The notes under the pieces are model-generated. The model did not search any database. It was not told where the DNA came from and saw only the letters and a list, made by a program, of their open reading frames with translations. This document shows, piece after piece, positions 1-8,029 of a DNA stretch of 64,000 nt. The DNA comes from an uncultured Neisseria sp. (GTDB lineage: Bacteria > Pseudomonadota > Gammaproteobacteria > Burkholderiales > Neisseriaceae). The position numbers and the translations under genes are program-made. Location: assembly GCA_963532335.1 (NCBI GenBank), contig CAUSKT010000002.1, positions 2,562-66,561 of the forward strand. Reading direction: 5' to 3'. Each line of letters starts with the position of its first letter. Positions within the stretch are counted from its first letter, which is position 1.

Positions 1-1041
1 ACCGTTTTCCAAGACCAAGTTTTCCGTATCCACGCCCGCGGTAGCCAATTCACGCTTTACGGCTGAAGAGGCTTGCTGCAAGGCGGAGTTGCCGGAATGC
101 TCGCCTCCCAATTTCAGGAATACGGAGCGCGCAATCAGATTATTCGAATATTTGTTCATGTCCGTCAAAATGGCAGACATGGGTTTGGATTGGTGTACCG
201 CTAGTGTTTTGGCATGAGGCGGCACGGATGCGGCCCTGATACCGTCGGTAATTTCTCCGCCTGAGTGACGCCATTGGTTGATAAAGCTTTTTTGTACAAA
301 TTCACGCATGTTCAACATGTTGACGTACATTTCATTGCCCAAACACGATTCCGGAACTTTGCCGGAAACATGCAATACGCCGCCTTTGTAGTTTGCGCGC
401 ATATGGTTTTGTAAGGCTTTGCAGGATGCGTTTGATGGTGTGACGTTGATTTTGTTGTCGATTTTAATATCGGGAAGGGGCGGGTTGGTCACAAGATCCA
501 CTCCGCCCATGTCATTGCGTTCCGGTTTGACCGATACGACTTTGTAAGCCAGCATATGCGGGTCGGGCGGCGTCATAAATAGAGAGCCGACATCGGATTC
601 GAAATCGCTCGGATTTTGAATATCTCCCCATAAATGGCGGTCGAGTACCAAGCCGCCGGTGATTTTGCGTATGCCTTTATCGCGCAATTGCTGCTGCATC
701 CCGATCAAGCCTTCTTGGTCGAAAACAGGGTCTCCGCTGCCGACCCAGTAAATATCGCCTTGCAAGGTATCGCCTTGAATCGTGCCGTCGCTTTTAAATT
801 GGGTCGTCCAGCGGTAATCGCCGCCCAAAGCTTTAAATGCGGCAAACGCTGTAACCAGCTTCATGGTTGATGCGGGGTTGACCGGCACATTCGAACGGTG
901 ATCGACCAAGACGTTTCCGCTGTCCAATTCTTGAACATACACGGAAATTTCGTCTTGAGGGATGCGGCCGAAATCGATGGCAAATGCTGGCAAAGAGAGG
1001 ATGGACAGCCATAAAAGAGCGGCTGTTTGTCTTAACTTCAT
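1..1041 (-). CDS. dacB: D-alanyl-D-alanine carboxypeptidase/endopeptidase, PBP4/DacB family (neisserial PBP3); N-terminal 347 codons, 3' end runs off the window
   Basis: Not in the ORF track because it is open at the window edge. My reverse translation from the ATG at 1041 gives MKLRQTAALLWLSILSLPAFA... (signal peptide), with ASTMK (SxxK) and KYSNN (SxN) motifs and no stop through position 1. Confidence 0.8.
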   Translation of the reverse strand, partial: MKLRQTAALLWLSILSLPAFAIDFGRIPQDEISVYVQELDSGNVLVDHRSNVPVNPASTMKLVTAFAAFKALGGDYRWTTQFKSDGTIQGDTLQGDIYWVGSGDPVFDQEGLIGMQQQLRDKGIRKITGGLVLDRHLWGDIQNPSDFESDVGSLFMTPPDPHMLAYKVVSVKPERNDMGGVDLVTNPPLPDIKIDNKINVTPSNASCKALQNHMRANYKGGVLHVSGKVPESCLGNEMYVNMLNMREFVQKSFINQWRHSGGEITDGIRAASVPPHAKTLAVHQSKPMSAILTDMNKYSNNLIARSVFLKLGGEHSGNSALQQASSAVKRELATAGVDTENLVLENG

Positions 1042-1233
1042 GATAGTTCTGAAAAACACATAAAGCATAATTATAAAGCAAGGTCGTCTGAAAAACGAGG
1101 ATGGCTGCCTGACGGATGAAAAAGTTGTTTCTTATGGATAAAATGTGTCGCTATTTCGTTCCGTGCAGACAATCGGCGCTTAGGGCGAACTATGATAAAA
1201 TCTGTTTTTAAAACAATATAAAAGGAATACATT

Positions 1234-1641
1234 ATGCGACTGCTCCATACGATGTTGCGCGTTGGCAACCTCGAAAAATCTTTGGACTTCTATCAAAATG
1301 TTTTAGGTATGTCTTTACTGCGCCGCCACGATTATCCCGAAGGACGGTTTACTTTGGCGTTTGTCGGTTATGGTAATGAGGCCGAAAATACCGTACTGGA
1401 ATTGACGCACAACTGGGATACGGAAAGCTACGATATCGGCAACGCTTACGGTCATATCGCAGTGGAAGTGGATGATGCGTATGAGGCTTGCGAACGGGTC
1501 AGACAAAAAGGCGGCAAAGTCGTGCGCGAGGCGGGACCGATGATGCACGGTACGACCGTTATTGCTTTTGTGGAAGATCCTGACGGTTATAAAATTGAAT
1601 TTATCCAAAAAAACAGCGGCAATGATTCGGTGAAATACTGA
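1234..1641 (+). CDS. gloA: Lactoylglutathione lyase (glyoxalase I)
   Basis: 135-aa [29 protein letters not shown]...HIAVEVDD...GYKIEFIQ, a typical full-length GloA. Confidence 0.93.
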   Translation: MRLLHTMLRVGNLEKSLDFYQNVLGMSLLRRHDYPEGRFTLAFVGYGNEAENTVLELTHNWDTESYDIGNAYGHIAVEVDDAYEACERVRQKGGKVVREAGPMMHGTTVIAFVEDPDGYKIEFIQKNSGNDSVKY

Positions 1642-1661
1642 TTTTCCAATCGTCTGATAAA

Positions 1662-1704
1662 AGGTCGTCTGAAAACCCGATTGAAAAGGGTTTTCAGACG
1701 ACCT
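1662..1704. terminator. Inverted DUS pair hairpin between convergent gloA and GST genes
   Basis: AGGTCGTCTGAAAACCC...GGGTTTTCAGACGACCT inverted repeat followed by a T-run. Confidence 0.6.
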
Positions 1705-1725
1705 TTTTGTTTTAATAGCCTTGAT

Positions 1726-2367
1726 TTATTCCGCAGGCGGCATTTGGGCAACGGTTTCCTGCGCCCATGCCATGGTTTCGGCAAAGGCGGGACGGGCGAG
1801 ATGTTTGGCGGCGTAGCGTTGCAATACATCGGTTTCATCGGCAGGCAATACTTTAAAGTTTTGCGTTAAGAGCAGAATCAGCCCGGAATAGTACAGATCC
1901 AGCGCGGTAAAGCTGTTGCCGATAATGTAGTCGCGGTTTTTCAAGTGCTCGCGCAATGTGTTCCATGCGGTATCAAAATCGCCGTAACCGATTTGGCGGC
2001 GGCGCTCGGGCGTATCGACAGGCAGGTTGTGCAGTTTGTTGAAGGCTGCGTATTCGAGGTGCAGCGACAGGCACATCCAGCGGTAGTATTCGCCGCGTTC
2101 CAATGTGTCTGCGGCAGGGATGAGGTGTTTGTCGGGGAACTGTTCCGCCAAAAAGGTAATGATGGCGAGCGATTCAGTCAATACGGTATCGCCGAATTTG
2201 AGCGCGGGAACCCGCCCTTGGGGATTGATGGCGAGATATTCGGCGGACTGAATCTGTGCGCCGAATTGGATGGGGACAACGGTGTATTCCGCACCGCATT
2301 CTTTCAACATCCATACGACGTATGTGCCGCGTGAAAAGGGATGGGTGTAGAGCGTGATGTCTTGCAT
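1726..2367 (-). CDS. Glutathione S-transferase family protein (tandem copy 1)
   Basis: 213-aa ORF MQDITLYTHPFSRGTYVVWMLKECGAEY... with thioredoxin-like N-terminal and helical C-terminal GST architecture. Near-identical paralog lies downstream. Confidence 0.8.
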   Translation of the reverse strand: MQDITLYTHPFSRGTYVVWMLKECGAEYTVVPIQFGAQIQSAEYLAINPQGRVPALKFGDTVLTESLAIITFLAEQFPDKHLIPAADTLERGEYYRWMCLSLHLEYAAFNKLHNLPVDTPERRRQIGYGDFDTAWNTLREHLKNRDYIIGNSFTALDLYYSGLILLLTQNFKVLPADETDVLQRYAAKHLARPAFAETMAWAQETVAQMPPAE

Positions 2368-2451
2368 GTCTTTTCCTTTTGCGTTGTGAATGTTTTTGGC
2401 GAAACCCGCGCAGTAGGTTTCAGACGACCTTTCGGTTCTAATAATCTTGAT

Positions 2452-3093
2452 TTATGCAACAGGCGGCATTTGGGCGGCGGTTTCCAGCATCCATGCTGTG
2501 GTTTCGGCGAAAGCGGGGCGGGCGAGATGTTTGGCGGCGTAGCGTTGCAATACGTCGGTTTCATCGGCGGGCAACACTTTCCAATTTTGCGTTAAGTGCA
2601 GAATCAGCGCGGAGCAGTACAAATCCATCGCGGTAAAGCTGTTGCCGACGATGTAGTCGCGGTTTTTCAAGTGTTCGCGCAATGTGTTCCATGCGGTATC
2701 GAAATCGCCGTAACCGATTTGGCGGCGGCATTCGGGCGTATCGACAGGCAGGTTGTGCAGTTTGTTGAAGGCTGCGTATTCGAGGTGCATCAATATGCAC
2801 ATCCAGCGGTAGTATTCGCCGCGCTCCAACGTACCTGCGGCGGGGATAAGGTGTTTGTCGGGGAATTGTTCTGCCAAAAAGGTAATGATGGCGGTCGATT
2901 CGGTCAGTACGGCATCACCGAATTTCAGTGCGGGGACTTGCCCTTGGGGATTGATGGCGAGATATTCGGCGGATTTCATTTGCGTGCCGAACTGGACCGG
3001 TACGACGGTGTATTCCGCGCCGCATTCTTTGAGCATCCATACGACGTATCTGCCGCGTGAAAAGGGATGGGTATAGAGCGTGATGTTTTGCAT
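2452..3093 (-). CDS. Glutathione S-transferase family protein (tandem copy 2)
   Basis: ORF 2452..3135 trimmed to the internal Met (MQNITLYTHPFSRGRYVVWMLKECGAEY) by alignment to copy 1. Confidence 0.8.
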   Translation of the reverse strand: MQNITLYTHPFSRGRYVVWMLKECGAEYTVVPVQFGTQMKSAEYLAINPQGQVPALKFGDAVLTESTAIITFLAEQFPDKHLIPAAGTLERGEYYRWMCILMHLEYAAFNKLHNLPVDTPECRRQIGYGDFDTAWNTLREHLKNRDYIVGNSFTAMDLYCSALILHLTQNWKVLPADETDVLQRYAAKHLARPAFAETTAWMLETAAQMPPVA

Positions 3094-3159
3094 GTTTCTT
3101 CCTTTTGCACGATCAATGGTTTTGGCAAAACCCACAACATGGGTTTTCAGACGACCTCA

Positions 3160-3678
3160 TCAATAGGCGATGCTTTTTGCCGCTTCGTTCAAACCGTTTT
3201 CCAAAGATTCCAACATGGCGGTATAGCCGTCGCCTTGTTGCGGGGTGGTAACGTCAAACGGTTTGTTGCGTCCGTCCGGCCATAAGGCGTAGCCGCTGAC
3301 GGTAGTTTGCCCCTGATAGCTGCCTTGGAAGGCTTCAACATAGATTTTCAGGGTTTGGCTGCTTTGGCTGCGTGAGGCGGGAACGAAAGTATGGCGCGGG
3401 TTGAGGCGGTTGAGTTTGTTGCTGAGGTTTGCCGCCAACGCGCCGTCGAGCGGTGCCGCCCAAAGGTGGTTCTTCGCCAGATTCACATGATACGCGTCGG
3501 TTTGGTAAACGAGGCCGCCGTTGGCGAGCGGTTCGGCAAGGTTGACTTTGACCGCGATTTCACTGCCTTGCGCCGCCGGCCGGATGTATTGGCTGTCGGG
3601 CAGGACGAAATATTGCGGGCTTTGCGCGGTGCCGCAGGCGGCAAGCGTCAGGGCGGCGGCAATCGGGAAGAGGCGCAT
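3160..3678 (-). CDS. pqiC: Intermembrane transport lipoprotein PqiC (YmbA/DUF330 family)
   Basis: 172 aa with lipobox LTLAAC. Immediately follows pqiB with an overlapping stop/start. Confidence 0.75.
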   Translation of the reverse strand: MRLFPIAAALTLAACGTAQSPQYFVLPDSQYIRPAAQGSEIAVKVNLAEPLANGGLVYQTDAYHVNLAKNHLWAAPLDGALAANLSNKLNRLNPRHTFVPASRSQSSQTLKIYVEAFQGSYQGQTTVSGYALWPDGRNKPFDVTTPQQGDGYTAMLESLENGLNEAAKSIAY

Positions 3679-5339
3679 TATCGGCTTCCTTTCGGGATGG
3701 GGTCTTTGCTGCTGCTGTTGAAAATCAGCGCATTGGGTTTTTCTTTCAAAGTATTAATGACGGGCTGTATGTCTCTGAGGGTTCTATCCAGGCTTTGCAG
3801 GGTATTTTGCACGTCGCCGTAGATGGGCGATTGCGGCGATACGCCTTGCAGGGTCTGGCGCAATTCTTTCAGGGTTTGGTTCAGCTCGTTGGGGATGTTT
3901 TGCGTTTGTGGTTTGCCGACCAGTTTGTCAATGGAGCTTAGGGCGGCATTGGCAGATTTGAGGGTGGATTTGAGTTCGGCAAGCGAGCCGTTCAACCCGG
4001 CAACGGTTTTATCCAACGGCAGATTGTTGAATTTCTCTAACAAATCCGCCACTTTTGCCTGCAAATCATCCAAACCGCCGCCTTGTGTGGCAATGACGGT
4101 ATCGCCTGCGTAAACGGTGTGCGGTCGCAGCTTGGGCGAAGACGAAGGCTGGTCGGTCAATTCGACCATTTTGCTGCCGGTAATCAAATTGTTGCTGGAA
4201 ATGGTGGCGGTCAGACCTTTACCCAAAGCGGCTTGGAATTGTTGTTTCCAATGCTCTTTGCTTTGTTCGTCGGCATTGATTTCCATGCGCGACGGCTCGA
4301 TGCGGATGCGCACGGGAATCCAGCCGTTTTCAAACAGATGCAGGCTGTCGTTACGGTCGAAATAGGGAACGTCGGAAACCACGCCGACATTCAGTCCTTT
4401 ATATTCGACGGGCGAACCGGCGGTCAGACCGCGCACGGACTGTTTGAAAAACGCGGTGTAATACAACGAACGGTCATCGGGCAGGTTTGCCACTTCGCTG
4501 CGGCTGTCGTAAAGCGTAAAACTGTCTTCGCTTTTCACATTTTTGCTGTTTTTGGTTTTCGGCGAATCAAACGAAATCGCGCCGGAAAGCAACGCAGGCA
4601 GGGGAGCGGAATTGAGTTTCACGCCGCTGCCCGTGGTTTCGATATTGATGCCGCTCTCCAGCCAAAAGCGGCTTTCCGAATTAATCAGTTTGTCGTTCGG
4701 GCTTTGGATGAAGATGGTGTAATGCACGGTTTGGTCGGCAGGCTCGAAATGCGCGCTTTCTACCTGTCCGACCATAAAGTTTTCATAAAGCACGGGGCTG
4801 CTGACGTTGAGGATTTTGTCGTTTTGACCGACCAGCTTCAGGCGCAGGCCGCTTTGTCCGATGGCGGCAATCGGCGGGATGTCCTGCACTTCAAATACAT
4901 CCTTCGTTTCATTGCTTTTGCCGGGCGTAAACGCGATATACGAGCCGGACAGGAGCGTGCTCAAACCGGTTACGCCGCTTTGGTCGATGCGTGGTTTCAC
5001 CACCCAAAACTGCGTATCGCTGCGGATGAGGTCTTTCGCATCGGCGTTAAGCTGGGCGGTGACTTCCACGCCTTTTTGGTCGTCGCGCAGCTTGATGCGG
5101 GTAACGTGTCCGACATCGACGTTCAACACTTTAATCACCGTGTTGTTGACTTCAATGCCTTCCGCGCTGTCCATCAAAAGCGTGACGACCGGACCTCGGT
5201 TGCGGATGTCCTTTACCAGCAGCCAGCCGCCCGCAATTAGCGCAATCAGCGGAATCAGCCACACGATAGACGTGAAGACATTGGTTTTTTTGACGCGCGC
5301 GGGTACGCGATGCGTTTGAGAAGAATCGTGTTTTTTCAT
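3678..5339 (-). CDS. pqiB: Paraquat-inducible protein B (multi-MCE-domain intermembrane transport protein)
   Basis: 553 aa with an N-terminal TM helix, repeated MCE-like segments and a C-terminal coiled-coil-like region. Sits between pqiA and pqiC. Confidence 0.85.
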   Translation of the reverse strand: MKKHDSSQTHRVPARVKKTNVFTSIVWLIPLIALIAGGWLLVKDIRNRGPVVTLLMDSAEGIEVNNTVIKVLNVDVGHVTRIKLRDDQKGVEVTAQLNADAKDLIRSDTQFWVVKPRIDQSGVTGLSTLLSGSYIAFTPGKSNETKDVFEVQDIPPIAAIGQSGLRLKLVGQNDKILNVSSPVLYENFMVGQVESAHFEPADQTVHYTIFIQSPNDKLINSESRFWLESGINIETTGSGVKLNSAPLPALLSGAISFDSPKTKNSKNVKSEDSFTLYDSRSEVANLPDDRSLYYTAFFKQSVRGLTAGSPVEYKGLNVGVVSDVPYFDRNDSLHLFENGWIPVRIRIEPSRMEINADEQSKEHWKQQFQAALGKGLTATISSNNLITGSKMVELTDQPSSSPKLRPHTVYAGDTVIATQGGGLDDLQAKVADLLEKFNNLPLDKTVAGLNGSLAELKSTLKSANAALSSIDKLVGKPQTQNIPNELNQTLKELRQTLQGVSPQSPIYGDVQNTLQSLDRTLRDIQPVINTLKEKPNALIFNSSSKDPIPKGSR

Positions 5340-6646
5340 TGTTTCTGGTTATCGTCGGAATCGGGGTCGTCTGAAAGCTGCTGCTGCCTGTCCCAAATCA
5401 GACGGGGGTCGAAATAATAGGCAGACAGCATGGTCAATACCACCACCAGGCAGAAATAAACCGCCGCCCCGCCGGGGACAACGCGCGCCATATTGGTGTG
5501 GAACGAACTCATCAAAATAATAATCACAAAAATATCAATCATCGACCAGCGGCCGATGGATTCGGTAATCCGGTAAAGCACCGACATTTTCGGCGCGCTC
5601 ATCGGCGGTTTGAAATAAGCAGACGCAATCAAAACCGCCATCGCGATAATCTTCAATACCGGCACCAAAATACTCGCGCTGAAAATAATCACTGCAATCA
5701 GCCTGTCGCCGTCGTTCCACATATACACAATGCCGTTGAAAATCGTATTGACTTCCAGCGCGGTAGGGTTCGACGAAATCATAATCGGCAGAATATTCGC
5801 GGGGAAATACAGGATAAACGCCGCAATCAAAAACGCCAGCGAAATGCTCAGGCTTTTTGGGCGGCGGCGGTACAAATCCGCACCGCAAACCTCGCAAGGC
5901 TGCTCGTCTTTATCGCGGAAATACAGGCAGCGGCTGCAACAGGTTTTGTCTTCGGATGCCGTTTGCACCGCGTCCCCGCCCGTCAGCCTGTGAATTTTAT
6001 AATAAACCCAATGCTGCGGAATCGAGACCGAAGTCCGAATCAGCATGACCGACAGCGCAAACATCAAATAAAACGCCGAGCCGAATTCAACCTCCGCCAC
6101 AGACGAGAGCTTGATATACGCCACCAAAGTGGAAATAAAGAACACATCCACCATAATCGCATGACGCAGCCTGACCAAAACCCGCGTCGCAAACCGCAGC
6201 GCAGGATACGCCCGCTCGCGCACCAACGCGGTATAAACGTACAAACAAAGCAGCAAAAACAATACCGGCGCACCGAAAGTGAGGACGAACATCACTTCCG
6301 CCAGAAAACCGTAATCCTGATAAATCAAAAGCCGCATCATTTCAGGCAGCGACAGGACGGATGTTACGCCAAAGAGTTCCACGCGGATATAAACCATGCT
6401 GTACGCAAACGCCATCAAAATCAGCGAAGTCGTCGCGTAAGCCAGCGGCGCAACATAAGGATTGTTTTCCACCTCAACCACTTCATGATTGCACACCGGA
6501 CAATGCGCTTCCTGCCCCTGCCGCAGGCGCGGAATATCCATGCGGTTGCCGCAGTCCGGACAATCCACCGTATGCGCCGGCAGCGATGCGTCGGGCAGGT
6601 AGGATTTATAACGCCACCAGCGCGTATAGCTAGGAATCGGTTTCAT
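5336..6646 (-). CDS. pqiA: Paraquat-inducible protein A (two fused PqiA repeats with CxxC zinc-ribbon motifs)
   Basis: 436 aa containing CPDCGN...CPVCNH and CSRC...CEVCG, each followed by polytopic membrane segments. Overlaps pqiB by 4 nt. Confidence 0.85.
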   Translation of the reverse strand: MKPIPSYTRWWRYKSYLPDASLPAHTVDCPDCGNRMDIPRLRQGQEAHCPVCNHEVVEVENNPYVAPLAYATTSLILMAFAYSMVYIRVELFGVTSVLSLPEMMRLLIYQDYGFLAEVMFVLTFGAPVLFLLLCLYVYTALVRERAYPALRFATRVLVRLRHAIMVDVFFISTLVAYIKLSSVAEVEFGSAFYLMFALSVMLIRTSVSIPQHWVYYKIHRLTGGDAVQTASEDKTCCSRCLYFRDKDEQPCEVCGADLYRRRPKSLSISLAFLIAAFILYFPANILPIMISSNPTALEVNTIFNGIVYMWNDGDRLIAVIIFSASILVPVLKIIAMAVLIASAYFKPPMSAPKMSVLYRITESIGRWSMIDIFVIIILMSSFHTNMARVVPGGAAVYFCLVVVLTMLSAYYFDPRLIWDRQQQLSDDPDSDDNQKQ

Positions 6647-6781
6647 GGAGGAGGGAAGAGGCCAAAGAGGCAGGTATTATAAAGGAAAACATAGGGATAG
6701 CCCAAATTGCTTACATATGGGGGAGACAGTGTCTGGAAAATAAATTATGACTATGTGAATAGTATTGTTTGCAATCAATTC

Positions 6782-6812
6782 GGGGTCGTCTGAAACGCTT
6801 TCAGACGACCCC
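6782..6812. terminator. Perfect inverted DUS pair hairpin
   Basis: GGGGTCGTCTGAAACGCTTTCAGACGACCCC. Confidence 0.5.
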
Positions 6813-6877
6813 TTGCCATATTTGTTGCAAATATGCGAAAACAACAGATTTATGTAAATAATAGCAAGTTAAATTCT

Positions 6878-6907
6878 TGATGATGTAATAGAAATGATAT
6901 ATATTCC
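6878..6907 (+). promoter_or_regulatory. Weak Fur-box-like AT-rich hexamer run upstream of hemO
   Basis: TGATGATGTAATAGAAATGATATATATTCC loosely resembles GATAAT-type Fur hexamers. hemO is Fur-regulated in pathogenic Neisseria. Confidence 0.25.
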
Positions 6908-7127
6908 TAAATTGTTTTGTAATATGACAGATTTCATTTGTTCATTCATAAACGATTCAGTACCTAAATATCTTAAAATCATAAATTTCCATTCTCAAAC
7001 ACAGATTTCCCATCACTTATTTTTTATTGATTCGGGCAGCCTTCATTTGAGGTCGTCTGAAAAACCTGCTGTACAGGTTTCGTCAAAACCGTCAATTAAA
7101 TTTCGTAGATCATCAAAGGATATTCAC

Positions 7128-7751
7128 ATGAGCGAAACACAAGAGCTGACCTTTGCCAAACGGCTGAAAGAGCAAACCGCTACCATTCACGACAGCGTGG
7201 ACAATTTGGTTATGTCTGTCGAGCCGTTTACCAACAAAGAGAACTACATCAAATTCTTGAAACTGCAATCCGTGTTCCACAAAGCGGTCGATCATATCTA
7301 TAAAGACCCCGAGTTGAACAAAGCCATTCCCGAGCTGGAATACATGGCGCGTTACGACGCGGTAACGCAAGACTTGGCGGATTTGGGCGACAAACCCTAC
7401 GAATACGGCAAACCGCTGCCGCATGAAACCGGCAACAAAGCCATCGGCTGGCTGTATTGCGCCGAAGGTTCCAATTTGGGCGCGGCATTTTTGTTTAAAC
7501 ACGCGCAAAAGCTGGATTACAACGGCGAACACGGTGCGCGCCACCTCGCTCCCCATCCGAACGGACGCGGCAAACATTGGCGTGCCTTTGTCGAACATTT
7601 GAATGCTTTGGGCTTAAGCCCCGAAGCCGAAGCCGAGGCGATTCAAGGTGCAAAAGATGCGTTTGCGTTCTACAAAGTCGTTCTGCGCGAAACCTTCGGC
7701 CTGCCTGAAGGCGCGGAAGCACCGGAAGGCTTTGTTCCGCACCGCCACTAA
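7128..7751 (+). CDS. hemO: Heme oxygenase HemO
   Basis: ORF 6894..7751 trimmed to MSETQELTFAKRLKEQTATIHDSVDNLVMS..., which closely resembles meningococcal HemO as I remember it. 207 aa, directly upstream of hmbR as in N. meningitidis. Confidence 0.9.
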   Translation: MSETQELTFAKRLKEQTATIHDSVDNLVMSVEPFTNKENYIKFLKLQSVFHKAVDHIYKDPELNKAIPELEYMARYDAVTQDLADLGDKPYEYGKPLPHETGNKAIGWLYCAEGSNLGAAFLFKHAQKLDYNGEHGARHLAPHPNGRGKHWRAFVEHLNALGLSPEAEAEAIQGAKDAFAFYKVVLRETFGLPEGAEAPEGFVPHRH

Positions 7752-7780
7752 ATGCAGGTTATTGATAGGCCATCGATATG

Positions 7781-7810
7781 TTTTCCGGCGCAATATTTTG
7801 CGCCGGAAAA
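7781..7810 (+). terminator. Stem-loop after hemO
   Basis: TTTTCCGGCGCA-ATATTT-TGCGCCGGAAAA inverted repeat 30 nt after the hemO stop. Confidence 0.55.
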
Positions 7811-7951
7811 CAGTTGAAGTCTGAAATATCAACCCCTTACATATGGTATGGGCAAGGAAGGCCGCTTTTATCCGGTTTCCGTTTCCGTATTTAAAAATTT
7901 ATTGGCCATCCGTTACAGGGATTTATATTCATCATTGCTTTCAATAGAAAT

Positions 7952-7970
7952 ATAAATGATTATCAAAAAT
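7952..7970 (+). promoter_or_regulatory. Fur-box-like site upstream of hmbR
   Basis: ATAAATGATTATCAAAAAT resembles the GATAATGATAATCATTATC consensus, about 60 nt upstream of the hmbR ATG. Confidence 0.5.
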
Positions 7971-8029
7971 TTTCATTGTTGAATTAAGCTGAATATTGGT
8001 CAATTTTATTGTTTCTGAGGTTTTGAACC

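Noticed and set aside
4083-5240. Long antisense ORFs opposite well-supported genes. Examples: 4083..5240 and 5498..6682 opposite pqiB/pqiA, 11519..12292 opposite the OlsB-like gene, 13203..14042 opposite thiD, 31282..32619 opposite ptsN/hprK, 36023..37396 opposite recN, 51237..52355 opposite prfA, and 53525..54505 opposite the Nramp-like gene.
   Set aside because: Their translations are low-complexity and rich in Arg, Gly, Ala, His or Val, with no recognisable motifs, while the opposite strand encodes textbook proteins. These are typical shadow ORFs of GC-rich coding regions.
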